64,000 nt of DNA from an uncultured Methanosarcinaceae archaeon (GCA_963833425.1 CAWHXP010000008.1:32001-96000), one strand, 5' to 3'; shown: positions 23,039 to 36,028, counted from the first letter of the stretch. The notes: generated from the letters alone by a model not told the origin. Made by a program: numbers and translations.

Positions 23039-23624
23039 AGTCTCCCTCTCCTTGTAATGTACATTAAAAGCATTTTTAATATTATACAGCCTACACTGTT
23101 AAATTTTGTTGCGATGAGGTACGCAGTTTACAGGGGCATAATGTTAGTATCAATAACACTTGAGCCCCTACAAGACAGCTTAAAGTATTTCACAGTTATG
23201 AATAATTGAGGGTCATATCACTCATTTTCAGCAGCTTAGTATGTTTCAAACCTAGACTTGAACTTTTTCTATAACATATCACTACCATAATATAAAATAT
23301 ACTTATTTATACTGTTTGCTCAACTCATTGAAGTTTTATACCAATTGAATGAAATCAAAAAGTGTCAGATTTTTCGGATGAAATTGAAAGAAATTTGAAG
23401 ATATTAAATTTGTCACAAGAGCTTCAGACTTTCATTTAAAATAATTTATTTAAAATTTAAAAAAACAGCAAGTGAAATTTTTCAAGAAAAGTCTAAACGC
23501 ATTTTTATGTGATGTTTATTAGTGTAAGAATTTTCAGTTACTTATGCATATAAGTTAAGGACGTAAGTGGTAAAAGATTTAAATATTGTTTATTTTATTT
23601 TTTTCTACCTCAATCAAGGTTTAG

Positions 23625-23960
23625 TATCACAATCCACTCAAGCAAGGGTATGTGACTAACAGCTCTGGGTACAAAGGAATTATTAAAGATCAAGTATTTT
23701 AATTTGCCAATATGCTTTTTTTTTCCTGGGTTCCCTGATTTTCAACATAGTAGGTAGTTGCATTGGAAATCGTGCCTTCGTCCACAGTCCCAATATAACT
23801 CTATAATTCCACAGTTCAGGGTCCAAAATCCGTTTTTCAATTCTAGAGTATCCTATGATGATTTCTTTTGTTACGATCTATCATAATAATCTGCATCATA
23901 AAATTAAGTGGTATATTTTTTATAGACTCAATAATTGCATGATGTAGTTCCATCATATCA
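23625..23960 (-). mobile_element. IS200-family TnpA remnant, internally deleted
   Basis: Minus-strand fragments MELHHA..VYK..YHL and ELWN..YIGTVDEGT...YVENQG. Confidence 0.6.
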
Positions 23961-24529
23961 CGCAAAAATAACTTAAAATATAAATTAGTTAGCCAAGAAT
24001 GGTTCTCTGAGAATTTTCAATACCCTGTGCAACCTACGGGATAATCGACTGAGATAAGGTAACAAACAGAAATCAAAGGTAAATATTTAGACAGAATTCC
24101 CTCAATGAAAAAAAACGGAATTTCCTGATATTAAAAAAATTAAAAGAAGTAAAATATGCTGAAACTATAACTGCATAATTTCTACTTTACTAAATAATTT
24201 TAGGAATGTAAATATAATACTTTCTGCTTTGGTTGAATGTACCAGGGAAATAGGGATCAAAAATCTCTTCTTCAAAGACATTTGGTATGTTATCTGTGGC
24301 TCAACTAATCAAAGGGAGAAGTGAATTAAGTGTAAAGTGAAGAGCTTTCTACTTAATTTGAGTCGGATTTCTTATTTTTTTCGAATTTTTGGACTTAGCT
24401 AAAATTACAACAGAACATTTATAATTTTAGAAATTATATTCGGTTCAATTTATATGTCTAAAACCAGAATATTAATCACTCAAGCATAGGGTTTTTAATT
24501 TTTAGTTGAGACAAAAAGGAGATTATTAT

Positions 24530-25261
24530 ATGAAAATAACAGTGTTTAGCGGAAGCCATAAAGGCAAAAAAGGAAATACTCTCAGCATGGTTGAAGAATT
24601 TTTGAATGGGGCAGAAGAAGCCGGGGCAGATACTGAGAATATCATCCTTGCCGAAAAAAATATAAAATATTGCAAGGGAAAATTCGAATGCTGGCTAAAT
24701 ACGCCTGGAAAATGTGCTATTCATGATGATATGGAAGACTTAATTCAGAAATTTTTGGAATCTGATATTGCTGTTTTTGCGTGCCCTGTATATTTTGACA
24801 ATGTTCCGGCTGTAATGAAAAACTTCATAGACAGACTTACACCCATCCTTTTACCCCATTTTGAGGAAGACGAAAAAGGTGAGTATAGGCATGCAAAACG
24901 CTATGAGAAATTACCGAAAATAGTTGCTATTTCGAATGCTGGTCTACCGAGCCAGAAAAATTTTGAAGTTGAAAGCCTTTTTTTCAGGAGGCTCGCAAGA
25001 ACTTTTCACACAGAACTTATTGGCGAAATCTACAGAGGAGAAGGGGAAATTTTCAGGGGCAAAGACAACATCATTCTGAAGCCGTTACTCGGAAAGTATA
25101 ACAAATATCTCAGAAGTGCTGGAAAAGAGATAGTCGAAAGCCATAAAATTTCAGAAAAAACAAATGAAGGTCTCGAAAAATTTATTTTGCCGCCAAGTCT
25201 GTATATAAAATTCGGAAATGATGAATGGGATCGGATGCTTGAGGAAGGTAGGGTAGATTGA
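24530..25261 (+). CDS. Flavodoxin-like / NADPH-dependent FMN reductase family protein
   Basis: GSHKGKKGNT, GAEEAG, C..K..CW...PG.C.IHDDM, PVYF...PAVMKNFIDR. Confidence 0.85.
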   Translation: MKITVFSGSHKGKKGNTLSMVEEFLNGAEEAGADTENIILAEKNIKYCKGKFECWLNTPGKCAIHDDMEDLIQKFLESDIAVFACPVYFDNVPAVMKNFIDRLTPILLPHFEEDEKGEYRHAKRYEKLPKIVAISNAGLPSQKNFEVESLFFRRLARTFHTELIGEIYRGEGEIFRGKDNIILKPLLGKYNKYLRSAGKEIVESHKISEKTNEGLEKFILPPSLYIKFGNDEWDRMLEEGRVD

Positions 25262-25573
25262 GAGGAACTGGTAAAGATAAAAGAAACTTGGTAGGGATAA
25301 CCACGAATAGATGTGAAAAATTTAGATGTTAGTTAATAGATAAATTTGTGGCATCCTTTATGAGATAAAGCAAGAGTAAACTGTTTTAGTCCCCTTATAA
25401 CATCCATTTTATGGATGTGCCAGATGCAAAATTTATTTGCTTATTTGGCTATTATTAATTCGTTGAAAGTTAAATTAATTTTTTGGCTACTGTCGCATTA
25501 AGAAAATAGATGTCATTCATCTGTACAATGTGAGAAGTGTGTTGAAACATTTGAGCTATTTTTTAAGCATCTT

Positions 25574-27334
25574 TTAATTAACTTTCGGTATCCCTTCGAT
25601 CAGATCTTCCAGACTTTGCTTCAAATAAGGAGCATTGCTTCTGTTGATCAATTCCTGACAGGTCTCAATTGGATTCCCAACCATTACAATTGCTCCTTTT
25701 TCGATCATCACAGCCCTATGAGCAATTTCCCGAACGAAATCCATGTGGTGGCTCACAAGAACGATGGTCGTGTTGAAGCGTTCATTGATCCTTTTTAAGG
25801 AATTTGTGACGTCCCTGAGAGTTATAGGGTCTAGGTCTCCAAAAGGTTCATCAAGCATTAAGTACTCTGGAGATGTCGAAAGGCTCAGGGCGATAAAAGC
25901 TCTAACATGCTCGCCTCCGCTGATCTGGGAAGGAGTCTTGTCAAGGACTTCCAATGGTAGATCAAGTGCTTCAAATACTGGCTTTGCATAGGTATCAACA
26001 TCATTTAACGGAACTATGGGAAAAAGTTCAAAATAAATGGTATCATTCAGATTCAACTCTTGCAATGCAGTTGCTTTTTCTTCTTCGGTCGTATCTAACA
26101 ACCGATATACATTATCAAGGGTCTCATCAGAGAGCCCCATTTCCATGGCTTTATTCCTCGAGTATTCTATTGCATCTTTCTTTTTGATACTTAACCTAAA
26201 TCGGATCTGGTCCCTAACTGTGGAGTTAACTGACATGGAAAATTCCTGATTCATGATGCTCATAATCCTACGGAGTTCCATGCGCTTCTTGCTATATTCG
26301 GTAACTTCTACCCAGTCTCCGTTACAAAAATAATCTACAGTACCGCTATTTGGTTTGACAAGCCCTTCAATAATTTTCATAATTGTTGTTTTTCCGGCTC
26401 CAGAAGAGCCTATAAAAGCTAAAATCTCTCCCTTGTAGACATCGAACGATAAATTTTTGATGTTAAGGACTTCTCCCATCCGGATGATGGAATAACGTTT
26501 TGAAATTTCCTTTACTCTCATGCAAACTTCCTTATTTTCGAGCTTCTTAAGATCTTTCTTTGGTTTCATATCTCTAAGGAAATTTTTAAGTACACCTAAT
26601 GGTTCTCCTTCGGCTACTATTTTCCCTTCTTCAAGAAAAATCAGCCTGTCAGCAAGATAAGCATGAATTTCCGGAAGGTGAGAAACTACTATGATTGCTA
26701 TTTTCAAGTTAGCTTTTAGGTTTTTAATTATATCAAGTACTTCCTGCTTGGTATCGGGTCCTGTCATCGTTACTGGTTCATCCAAAAGAAGAACTTTTGG
26801 ATTCGCAGCAAGTTGCCTTGCCATTACAATTCTCTGTTTTTCCCCTCCACTCAGGAGGTTAGTGGAGTGGAGAGCTTTGTGCTCGAGGCCAACAAGTTTC
26901 AGATATTTCATTGCCTCTTTGAAAAGTTCATCATAATCATTAGTTATACTGTGTGGCAAATGTTCATTATTTGGAAGGGCTTCATGCCCAACTTTAAGGT
27001 AATTTAGTTTCCGGATTACATTTTCAATTGCAGGTCCGTTCCATAGACTGAAATTTCGCTGGAAATGTATTGCTGTTACGTTTTTCAGGAATTTTTCTCC
27101 TTCAATACCGGAATTTGGGGTTACAATTTTCCCATCTACTTCCACAGTTCCTTCTTGAAATGGTTCCACCCCACGAATGATGCGAAGAAGCGTGGACTTT
27201 CCGCTCCCGCTTCGTCCTGTAATCCCAAGGATTTCACCATCCTCCACTTTGAGGTTGATATGGTCCAATACTTTCATGCTTTTGGAACACACATCATAAA
27301 TTTTTACTAAATTTGAAATCTTGAGCATAATCAC
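25574..27334 (-). CDS. atwA: Methyl-coenzyme M reductase system component A2-like dual-ABC ATPase
   Basis: Two ABC cassettes (GRSGSGKS/LSGGEKQR and GSSGAGKT/ISGGEHVR), HFQR.F.LW, DEPFGDLDPIT; no TM segments. Confidence 0.75.
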   Translation of the reverse strand: MIMLKISNLVKIYDVCSKSMKVLDHINLKVEDGEILGITGRSGSGKSTLLRIIRGVEPFQEGTVEVDGKIVTPNSGIEGEKFLKNVTAIHFQRNFSLWNGPAIENVIRKLNYLKVGHEALPNNEHLPHSITNDYDELFKEAMKYLKLVGLEHKALHSTNLLSGGEKQRIVMARQLAANPKVLLLDEPVTMTGPDTKQEVLDIIKNLKANLKIAIIVVSHLPEIHAYLADRLIFLEEGKIVAEGEPLGVLKNFLRDMKPKKDLKKLENKEVCMRVKEISKRYSIIRMGEVLNIKNLSFDVYKGEILAFIGSSGAGKTTIMKIIEGLVKPNSGTVDYFCNGDWVEVTEYSKKRMELRRIMSIMNQEFSMSVNSTVRDQIRFRLSIKKKDAIEYSRNKAMEMGLSDETLDNVYRLLDTTEEEKATALQELNLNDTIYFELFPIVPLNDVDTYAKPVFEALDLPLEVLDKTPSQISGGEHVRAFIALSLSTSPEYLMLDEPFGDLDPITLRDVTNSLKRINERFNTTIVLVSHHMDFVREIAHRAVMIEKGAIVMVGNPIETCQELINRSNAPYLKQSLEDLIEGIPKVN

Positions 27335-27660
27335 ATCTCTTAGTGTTGATTGAAAGTTGACAAAGAATCCTTCATTCTGAAGGAAAGTTATGATATTGTA
27401 TCCTTCATCATTTTCTGATCCTTGTGATACACATGGGTAATGCAGTTATACTAAATGAATTTTTTCAAAAATACAAAAATTTTGATATGAGTGACTGAAC
27501 TATTGAAAATGAGAAATGTTTCTTGATTCAGTTACTTGAATAGACAAATATAGGGAAATTAAGATAAGTTAGTTGTCAAATACATCTTGATACTCCTAAT
27601 CCATGATTTTCAGTGAACTGATGAGATACGTGGTAATTAAACACGAATACATATAACTAA

Positions 27661-27751
27661 AGACGATTTCGATAAACACCACTTTTTAGTAGATAGTTTA
27701 TAAAGGGTATATAAACAATTTGTTGAAATCCGAGGTTTATCGAAATCCTCT
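27661..27751 (+). mobile_element. 91-bp MITE-like element
   Basis: IRs agacgatttcgataaac / gtttatcgaaatcctct; near-identical to 16874-16964. Confidence 0.85.
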
Positions 27752-28334
27752 AAAGAACAATATTATGATATTTTTACTTCATTTCCCCCAAAACAAAAAA
27801 GAATCCAGCGGAAAAAAATACAGAATCATTGCAAATTTTAACGTCATCGGAAATCTAAAAATTCATAGTTTCAAATCTTGATAATCAAGACCGGGATTAA
27901 TTGTTTTTTTATACGAATAAAGTTGCAAAAAAGGTGAATTCTTAACCACACTAATTGAAAACATTACGTTCAATGAAAGTGGCTCATTAGTCATAATTTC
28001 ACGGGAAAAACTGGCTCAAGGAAGATTCAAGTTGTATATTCTGCGCCTTCTCTGAGGCAATGGATCTAATGTCAACAGATAAAATAGAATTGAGGGATAT
28101 TTGTTTTATTTATTTCACAAGTATGGATATCGTCTTCATCTGGATTGGAAATACCATATCCTATATTGAGAAAGGATTTCGATGAGCTCTTAAATGTTTA
28201 TATGCATATATATGGTATATGGTATATGGTATATGCATATATATGGTATGCAAATAACCCTTGAGATCAAAACTTCTCCGTAAATATCATCAACTAACTG
28301 ATTTTATATTTTGAGCTACCTTCATACTAAAGAG

Positions 28335-28610
28335 TGGAAATACAGCATGAAGACTATTGTGTTTACAATATAATGCATCACATGTTTTTATAATATAATG
28401 CATCACATGTTTTTTCATTAAGTATCGTAAAAATTTAGGTTAGACAAAGATATCTTCGATTATTTGAGATATATATGCTTTGAACTTGATAAAAAAATAC
28501 TCTTTTGAGTTTAATGTGATAGATGCGGATGGTGGTCATGTACATCTTTTCGCGGTTCTGGACCAAAATATTATCCTTCAAAAGTTATGCAGAGCATAAA
28601 AAATAACTAT
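28335..28610 (+). mobile_element. IS200-family TnpA remnant (N-terminal part)
   Basis: Fragments EIQHEDYCVY, KYRK, DADGGHVHLF (HUH motif), PKYYPSKVMQSIK; internal 24-nt duplication. Confidence 0.7.
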
Positions 28611-29823
28611 ATTGAACAAAAAAATAAAGGAAGTAAAGAAAGAATTTTCTTCCATATAATTTTTTTTTTCTTCTCGTTTACTCCAATTTATGTTAGCACA
28701 TATCTGCACCTATTTGATGATGAATGATCCGTCATAATTTTTGTAAGTGTTGATTTTTATTGTAAGGATTACAATCAAAAAAATTACAAAATATTTTATG
28801 GTAACTATACATAATTTCTTTCAAGAGCTATAAATATTAAATTTTCAGAGGAGATTGCATAAAATAAAATTAGGGTGTAAAAGTGAAGTTTTTTCTTATG
28901 AACCGTTAAAGTAAAAATCAAGAATTAATCAAAATAGTTATCTGGCACTACACCAAATCAGAACCAATGACTAGCAAGGTGACTCCTCTTTATAAGTTCA
29001 GAAGTCTTTAAGTATAAACTTAAAGTTAAATAGTTTTACACTAAAAATATATTTAGACCTCTCAATAAGTCTTGGTCCACACTTCAGCGGGGAGCAGTTC
29101 TGGTTGTCTATCCTGTCCCTTCTCTCTAAACAAATGGTGGGTTTTTATCTCTTCCCGCCATACCATTAAATAGTTTATTATTTTAATTATATATTAATTC
29201 TGTATCCTTAAATTTTTAACTTGTACTTATTATAATGTGTATATGGGGAATAAAATAAATATTGTGTGATGGAAAGTTATAATGTTAGTGTTGATTAAAT
29301 ACTTACAGAAAAATATTATACTGCAAACCAATCCCAATCATAAAATATTTTTTTTGCTCTGTGATCCACCAGCCTTATTAAGTAATCATAAAAATTATTT
29401 AACCAGCAACTCGACATAGAGTAAAATAATGGATTTTATATTTTGAAAATATGTTTATTTTGTTGAGATGTCTATGAAGACCAAATAACAGATTTGTCTG
29501 GGCATAGTAATTTTCACAAATCAGATTATCCAAAGTTTCTTTTTCAAATAGCATTAACATCTACATCTTTACACTCCGGATCTATTTTTCAAAGTATGAG
29601 CCTACAGTAGAAATTGAGCCTTCAAAATTTAGAGTAATGGATTTATCGTCTAGTCAAGAAATCTTTCTATTAATCAAAAATGCGATATAGGGTCAATAAA
29701 GCTGATAAGAAAAGAAATTGTTCTTTTATTTCAGTTCTTCTGCAATTTTTGTGGTCATCATTGAAGAGGACTTAAATGTAATATTCAAAATAGTATAATG
29801 TCTATTAGAGTTGTATTTAATTC

Positions 29824-30170
29824 GGCTCTGTAGAAATGCTCTAAATTGGACTTTTACACTAGAGTATTATAACTATTCTGTTATAATATTCTTCGTATTT
29901 TTTCGCTAAAAGCAGAGGAACTTTAAATACTGAAATTTAATAAGTACATAAAATTTGTTGATACCAGCCTTAAACGGTTCAGTCTTCGAGACTGAAGCTT
30001 TACTATGTAGGTATTCAAAACTCTTTTATACCCAGCATCAGTTTCTTATACTGGTTTTGTCGAAAGAATATATTAGTACAGACTATCGAGATTTTGTAGA
30101 ACTTATTGACATTATTAAACAAAAAAGTTATAGAAATAATTTGTATCAAATTAAGGATTTCTACGGAACC
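29824..30170 (+). mobile_element. Internally deleted non-autonomous derivative of the IS5-like element at 48070-49061
   Basis: IRs ggctctgtagaaat / atttctacggaacc; matches the left ~290 bp and right ~55 bp of 48070-49061. Confidence 0.85.
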
Positions 30171-30980
30171 ACTAATTCGTGAGTTTAAAACGAATCTGAA
30201 ATTCTTTGAATATTAAGCATAATAAATGAAAGTACTTTTCCCTTTACTTTGTTGACCTTTGATTTCATTACTACTTTGTCGTGAAGGTCGATTAATTTTG
30301 TTTTGAGACCATTATAATACTAATCTGCGAATTGAAATCAAGACTCGAATGTTATATTGATCAAGTATGCCAAAATGATTTTAAGTAATTCCAATGCTAA
30401 ATAGATTTGTGATTTAAACTTTCAGGAATAGTAAACAGCTCTTGTTGTTTAGCCCCTCACAAAAATTTTTGATTTCTACAATTCTCATCACATCTTATGG
30501 GGGCTAATAACAAAATTTCATAGAGATGATGACGGAATTCTAGCTCATAAAATTCTTTGTATCAGAAAAAAATTAGATTATTATGTGCGATTAACAAGTG
30601 ATTCTTTGGAGCTTATTAAAGATTAATTGCTGATTTATTTAATCATCATGGTTGGAGGTGCAAGAGGCCAGAGCATTTATGCATAATTAGATTAGAAGTC
30701 ATCAAGAATTACTCTTAATAGCATTGTTAGACTATCAATTAGCTTCAAAAAATATCAACGAAAATTTCGATCTTATTTTAGGCTATCTTGCAAATTTGTA
30801 CAAGAGCATATACATAAAAAGGGACCTCGTCTCCCAATATTGCACCCTGAATCTTTCATATAAGTAATTTTTTCAAAGATATCATATAAAGTATGGTAGA
30901 ATTACAGATGAGAAATTTTTTCATGTTAGTGTTAGCCAAAAAAGAAGAATAAGGTATATTTAAAAAAAGGTTAAATTCCT

Positions 30981-31946
30981 TTATACATGCTTTATTCCAA
31001 AGGATTGGAGCAAAATTTCGGGATAAACTCCACCGCTCGAGATAATTTTTTTGCTTTTTAGGTCGTTTACATTAAGCCTAGCGGGCGCAAAAATACCTTC
31101 ATCAACTTTATAAAAGTCAAACCCTGCATCTTTGAAAGTTTGATAGAAAGGTTTTCCGAAATTGTGGGAATTTGTGGAAGGCACCTTCTGAACGAATTCT
31201 TCAAGTTCGCCAAGTTCCCCATCAAAGCATACTGTATAACTGGTTTCGCCGCAGTAAATCACGCAGTCATTGGTTGAACCCATGCAATGAACATCATTTC
31301 CGACTACCGGAGCAATGGGGGCAATACCGTATCCGCTCTTAATGCAATTGATGTCAAAGCCGATTGACTTGAATTTGTGAATTCCAGTTTCCACGACACG
31401 TGCCGAGATTTGGACAGCCCCGGCAATAGATGCGGTTGGAGCAACTGCAATCAGTGCATCTTCAGGGTTCACTCTGCATTGCTTAGCGATGTACTCGACA
31501 ACTCTTTCGTCAGGTAGCTTATCGGATTCTATGAACATAACTGCGGCTTGGAAGTCATCTTCATATCCAATCTTATCGTATAGTTCTCGGGGTTTTAAGG
31601 AAAGTGCACGCGCAGGACCTGAAACCATTCCGAAGTAATCTCCGACAGAGATCCTCCAGCCTGCATACTGGGAAGCCATACAAGCAATCATCGGATTGTC
31701 AGTTGCTATTTGAATGGCCGGCCACTTAATACCTTTTAGATCAGAAGTGGTATATCGTAGGTCAGCAAGGTCAGCTAAGCAGAGTCTTGCTATATACATA
31801 CCGGCTTCATATCCTCCATCTTTGTTAACTCCACAGTCGACAACTGTAGCCCCATTTTTGAGTTTTATAACTTCGATTTTCAAGTCTTCGCTCCAGTCGA
31901 GCATCTCTTCTATGACATACGATCCCATTTCATTGACACTTATCAA
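30981..31946 (-). CDS. mch: Methenyltetrahydromethanopterin cyclohydrolase
   Basis: MISVNE, DCGV...[43 protein letters not shown]. Confidence 0.95.
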   Translation of the reverse strand: MISVNEMGSYVIEEMLDWSEDLKIEVIKLKNGATVVDCGVNKDGGYEAGMYIARLCLADLADLRYTTSDLKGIKWPAIQIATDNPMIACMASQYAGWRISVGDYFGMVSGPARALSLKPRELYDKIGYEDDFQAAVMFIESDKLPDERVVEYIAKQCRVNPEDALIAVAPTASIAGAVQISARVVETGIHKFKSIGFDINCIKSGYGIAPIAPVVGNDVHCMGSTNDCVIYCGETSYTVCFDGELGELEEFVQKVPSTNSHNFGKPFYQTFKDAGFDFYKVDEGIFAPARLNVNDLKSKKIISSGGVYPEILLQSFGIKHV

Positions 31947-32213
31947 AGTAGCACCTTTCTAACTCTGGATAACAGAAATATTGTTCTTGTCAGGATAATT
32001 TTCTTTTAGATAACTTTTTGTCGCGTAGACGGACTGTATATCGGTTAAAAAGTTGTTAACCATCAAAAATAATTCTCAATTAGAATCGTTTACAGATCAG
32101 AAATCTGTTACTAATCTGTAACGTTCATCAGATGAATTTTTGTTCATTCATCATGTTAACTGTAATATTATTTTGGAACATCGTCCAATCAATCAGCGTT
32201 TACGACGATATTA

Positions 32214-32850
32214 TTATAGAAAGGTATTCGAGACGTTGAACTCCAAAGAAAAGCTTGTAGAAAAGCTACTGTTATAAACAGAGGAAAGTTCTAATTTCCA
32301 GACCTCTATTTTTTCTAGATTATGATTCCCATCTCTGAAGGCGTCGATAGCTTCCCTACAGCAACTGGAAACAGCTTCAAGATACTCTGGACTCTCAGCT
32401 TCCCTTCCATTCAAAGAGATTTATTCCGGCTTTAATAAGCTCTGGGATGTGCTCCATCATACAAAGGTCTTTAGTATTTTGTACTGTGAAGAGATTTTCC
32501 CATAATCTCTGCAGCAAACCAGTTTTTCCCATGAAGCTTCCGTTCTCATCGCATAGCTGGATACGCTTCTCCGCGTTTCCAGATTTCTCAATGGCTAAGC
32601 TGAAAAATGGCATCTACTTCAAAACGCCATGTGCATGCACCATGGACAAAAGTTTTGATCTCTACTCAGTTTGCTGAATTATTTTCGTTATCTCTATAAT
32701 AAAAAGTTCTCTCGAAAGTGTGACAATTCTTACCCCCAGAGTCCTATTAGATTTTGCTGTTTTGTGGTTAGTGATATTCACTTGGGTGGAGACAAAAATT
32801 GAAGCTAGCTTTTTCGCGCTTTCAAGATCACAACAAGTTCCTAGGTGATA
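32214..32850 (-). pseudogene. Peptidase U32-family protein, decayed
   Basis: Fragments VSTQVNITN, LSREL, FVHGAC, KDLCMMEHIPELIKAGI, GR...PEY...V..C.REAID. Confidence 0.75.
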
Positions 32851-33656
32851 ATAGCTAAATTCTCAAATTATATTTCTGATTATTTATATTTAATTTATTA
32901 ATTTTATTGAGATAAATTAAGGAGGAAAAATGCTTAATCATATTTCCATAATTCCTATATGGCAAGAAGCTATTTCATGGCGTAGATTCAGAGTAAAACA
33001 TAGATTACTACATTTTGTTGGCAATAATAATCAATGTGCAGAGCTGTGCAGCCAAGTCCCAGGCTCTAGGTTCAAGAGCCTATATTGTAGAAATTTTTGC
33101 CTTAGAAACGCATCTATCGAGCCAAATTTTTAAATGCTTATTTTTTTCAGCTCAATTCTGCCTTTTTAAATCTCTTTTGAGATGCTAAAGTTCCAGATTG
33201 TATGATAAAAGGGATATATTGAGGTGTTTTTCACCACATATTGGGTATTTAGACATCTTTAAAGGTAAAGTAAAAATTAGTGAACTACCGAATACAGTCT
33301 TCCAGATCCCAAATTTGGCTATCCGTAATTTGTGGGTTAAATTAATTATCCAGTTGAAAAGTGACTATCTCAAAAGAAATATCGATTCTGAATGTGATTT
33401 TCATAAATAATGTTTTCAATATTATTATATCGCTCCATATTTAGAAATTGATGACGAATCATTTTCTTAAAATAGTGAAGAAAGTAACGATTTGAGAAAG
33501 GATGCTCTGAAGGCAACAAGGAATTTCTGGTTACACCTCGTTGTATAAACCAAAGATATGAGTAAATTATATTATAAAAAATCAGTATTTTTCTAGAACT
33601 ATCAAATATATTTTTATAATTTTGAGCGGACTAAATTTCTGTAAAGGTGTGATCTC

Positions 33657-34502
33657 ATGGTAACAGTAGAGAATTCCATTAAAATGGCTGCAAAAAAAGA
33701 ATTGGTCCTCCTTCTCCCTAAAATATCTAGTACCTTTGCGCTAGAACCTGCAGTGCTCCGAACTGATGCTGAGCCAATAATGCTTGTTGGAGATATTCAC
33801 GGAGACCTGCCAGCTCTCAATTTCATAATAGCACTGAGAGAAGAAATAGATTGCAAAAATATTCTCTTTCTCGGTGACTATGTTGATAGAGGATTGCAGA
33901 GTACTGAGGTACTTTTAAAACTTTTCCAGTTGAAAATTGATGATCCTGAGCATGTTTTCCTCCTTAGAGGCAATCACGAAAGTGCAGAAATGAACTTTTA
34001 CGATGGTTTTTATAAGGAAATGGGTTACGATAAAGAGTTACTCTTAAGGATCGGCCAAACATACGATAAGATGCCGGTAGCTGCTGTACTTTCAGGACAC
34101 ACTTTCTGCGTACATGGAGGTATTAACGGAACTGGAAGTATTGATATTATTAACAAGGAAGGATGTTTCCCCTATCTTTGGAATGACCCAACGGAAAGCT
34201 TAGGCCTTACTCCTTCAAATAGAGGTTCCATGGCAAAGAAATTTGGGCCTGACATTGTATACGGTTTTTTAATGACAAATAATCTGAAAAGAATCGTGAG
34301 AGGGCACGAATTCTTTAAAGAAGGGTACAAGTGGTGGTTCGATGGGAAATTACTCTCTATCTTTTCTTGCCCTAGGTACTTGGGTCAAAAAAATGATGGC
34401 GCTTTTGTCTTGCTTGATAATGAACAGCTAAAACTGTTCGTTTTCGGGATCAAAAAGAGTAAAGAAAAAATAGTTATCAAGACTCGTTACAAAATAACTT
34501 AG
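33657..34502 (+). CDS. PPP-family Ser/Thr protein phosphatase (metallophosphoesterase)
   Basis: GDIHG, GDYVDRG, RGNHE, HGG, LWNDP, RGHE, IFS.PRY. Confidence 0.9.
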   Translation: MVTVENSIKMAAKKELVLLLPKISSTFALEPAVLRTDAEPIMLVGDIHGDLPALNFIIALREEIDCKNILFLGDYVDRGLQSTEVLLKLFQLKIDDPEHVFLLRGNHESAEMNFYDGFYKEMGYDKELLLRIGQTYDKMPVAAVLSGHTFCVHGGINGTGSIDIINKEGCFPYLWNDPTESLGLTPSNRGSMAKKFGPDIVYGFLMTNNLKRIVRGHEFFKEGYKWWFDGKLLSIFSCPRYLGQKNDGAFVLLDNEQLKLFVFGIKKSKEKIVIKTRYKIT

Positions 34503-34807
34503 GTAACATATGACTATGTCGAAGTTTAATAGAGTATTCTGCTTGTGAAAATGGTGATGTATGCATAAAAATATGTCTGAATTGTTTAGTAGGGTTCTTA
34601 TTAGTGATGCATATTAATTCTTCCTAGATCTAAATTCAAACATTAGGTTTGTGGCACACTTTTGAACCGAGTCTCTAGCGTCACAACTTAACGTGATTTT
34701 TGAAGAATAGTTTAGTCTATCTTTATAATTTATGGTATTTCCGATTTTTGATAAATAAAATATCTAAAAAGGAGATACACTGTTAAAGCCACTTTAAAAT
34801 AGGAATC

Positions 34808-34950
34808 GATCCGTGCGGAATTGCAATTATCCAGATGCAACAAGTGTATATATGACAAATGCTGGCAATAACACTGTTTCTGTAATTAATACAACAACTA
34901 ACAATGCTATAGTCACGGTAAATGTAGGATGGAGTTCGGATGGGCTGCAG
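34808..34950 (+). pseudogene. Isolated YVTN beta-propeller repeat remnant
   Basis: P.GIA...PDATSVYMTNAGNNTVSVINTTTNN..VTVNVG. Confidence 0.6.
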
Positions 34951-36028
34951 TCATTCTTTGATGACTCCTATTCTGATCAGAAATTATAGAAAAATGTTAG
35001 AGACAAAACCACTGGGAAGGCTGGAGTGGCATCCACATAATTTTTCATTCTATTTATTAACTATTTCATACTTATATACACATTGGTTTTTTGAATTATG
35101 AACAACTTGAGCACTATATATACGAGTATACATTCGAAGTTACTGTATCAGGGGGACTGTAGAGCCAGTCTTCTATCTTTCACTCGATATTTTTTAATGT
35201 GCTTTATTTGGTTGCGTGCCTAACTTTATGTGAAATCTGTTGCTTACCCTTTAATCTTCTGTTTTGATTACCATGCTGTTACTAACTTGTTAACTATGAT
35301 CCGTGATGCACCCTAATTTAATATGAAGTAGCGTATTAGTTTTTCATTATTTAATAATCTAAGTCAAACATATGTATTTATCCACAATTCAGGTAAAAAT
35401 ACCCTTTTATTTTTACCATATATTACATTTAATTTTTTTTCCAACAAAGAATCATTGACTTGCTTTGTAAACAATATCTATAACTGTGTCCATACTAACT
35501 TTTCCGATAGTATCACGTCGCTTTAGATAGTAACTACAATAGTAGATTTATTTCTTTTTGGGAAATATACATCCAGAGAGCCATAGAAACTGCTTTTCCT
35601 TTATTTTTATTTTGATAACAAGCCCAAGGATTTACTCAGAATCAACTAGCATATTCTAAAAGGGAGTACAACTTATTGCTGGTGGATTCTGATTTTCTCT
35701 ATAGGGGTGTTTTCTATGAAAGAGATTGCTTCCCTGAGTTAATCATCTGCCTTGTTAGTTAATCTAATTTGCATAAATTGTAGGCAGTGCGTGGCCTTCC
35801 AGATGATTTCGTGGCTCAGTCTCAAACCTAGGATGTTCTCGCTGTTGAAATTTGAAATTTCTATTTCGACTTTTTCTTAGCTTCAGTATTTTCGGCTTAT
35901 GAGCTTCCTCACAGGTCAGCTTTAGGTAAGGGCTGATGTAGCTTTCAACGGTTAAGATCGCGATATTGGACTTTTTGTTTTCTATCTTGCAGTCACATTT
36001 TACTCCAGTAAATGTGTCTAAATAGCTT

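Noticed and set aside
28198..28251. tatatgg/tatgca short repeats, and the (aaat)n run at ~60855-60886
   Set aside because: Simple slippage microsatellites with no further structure.
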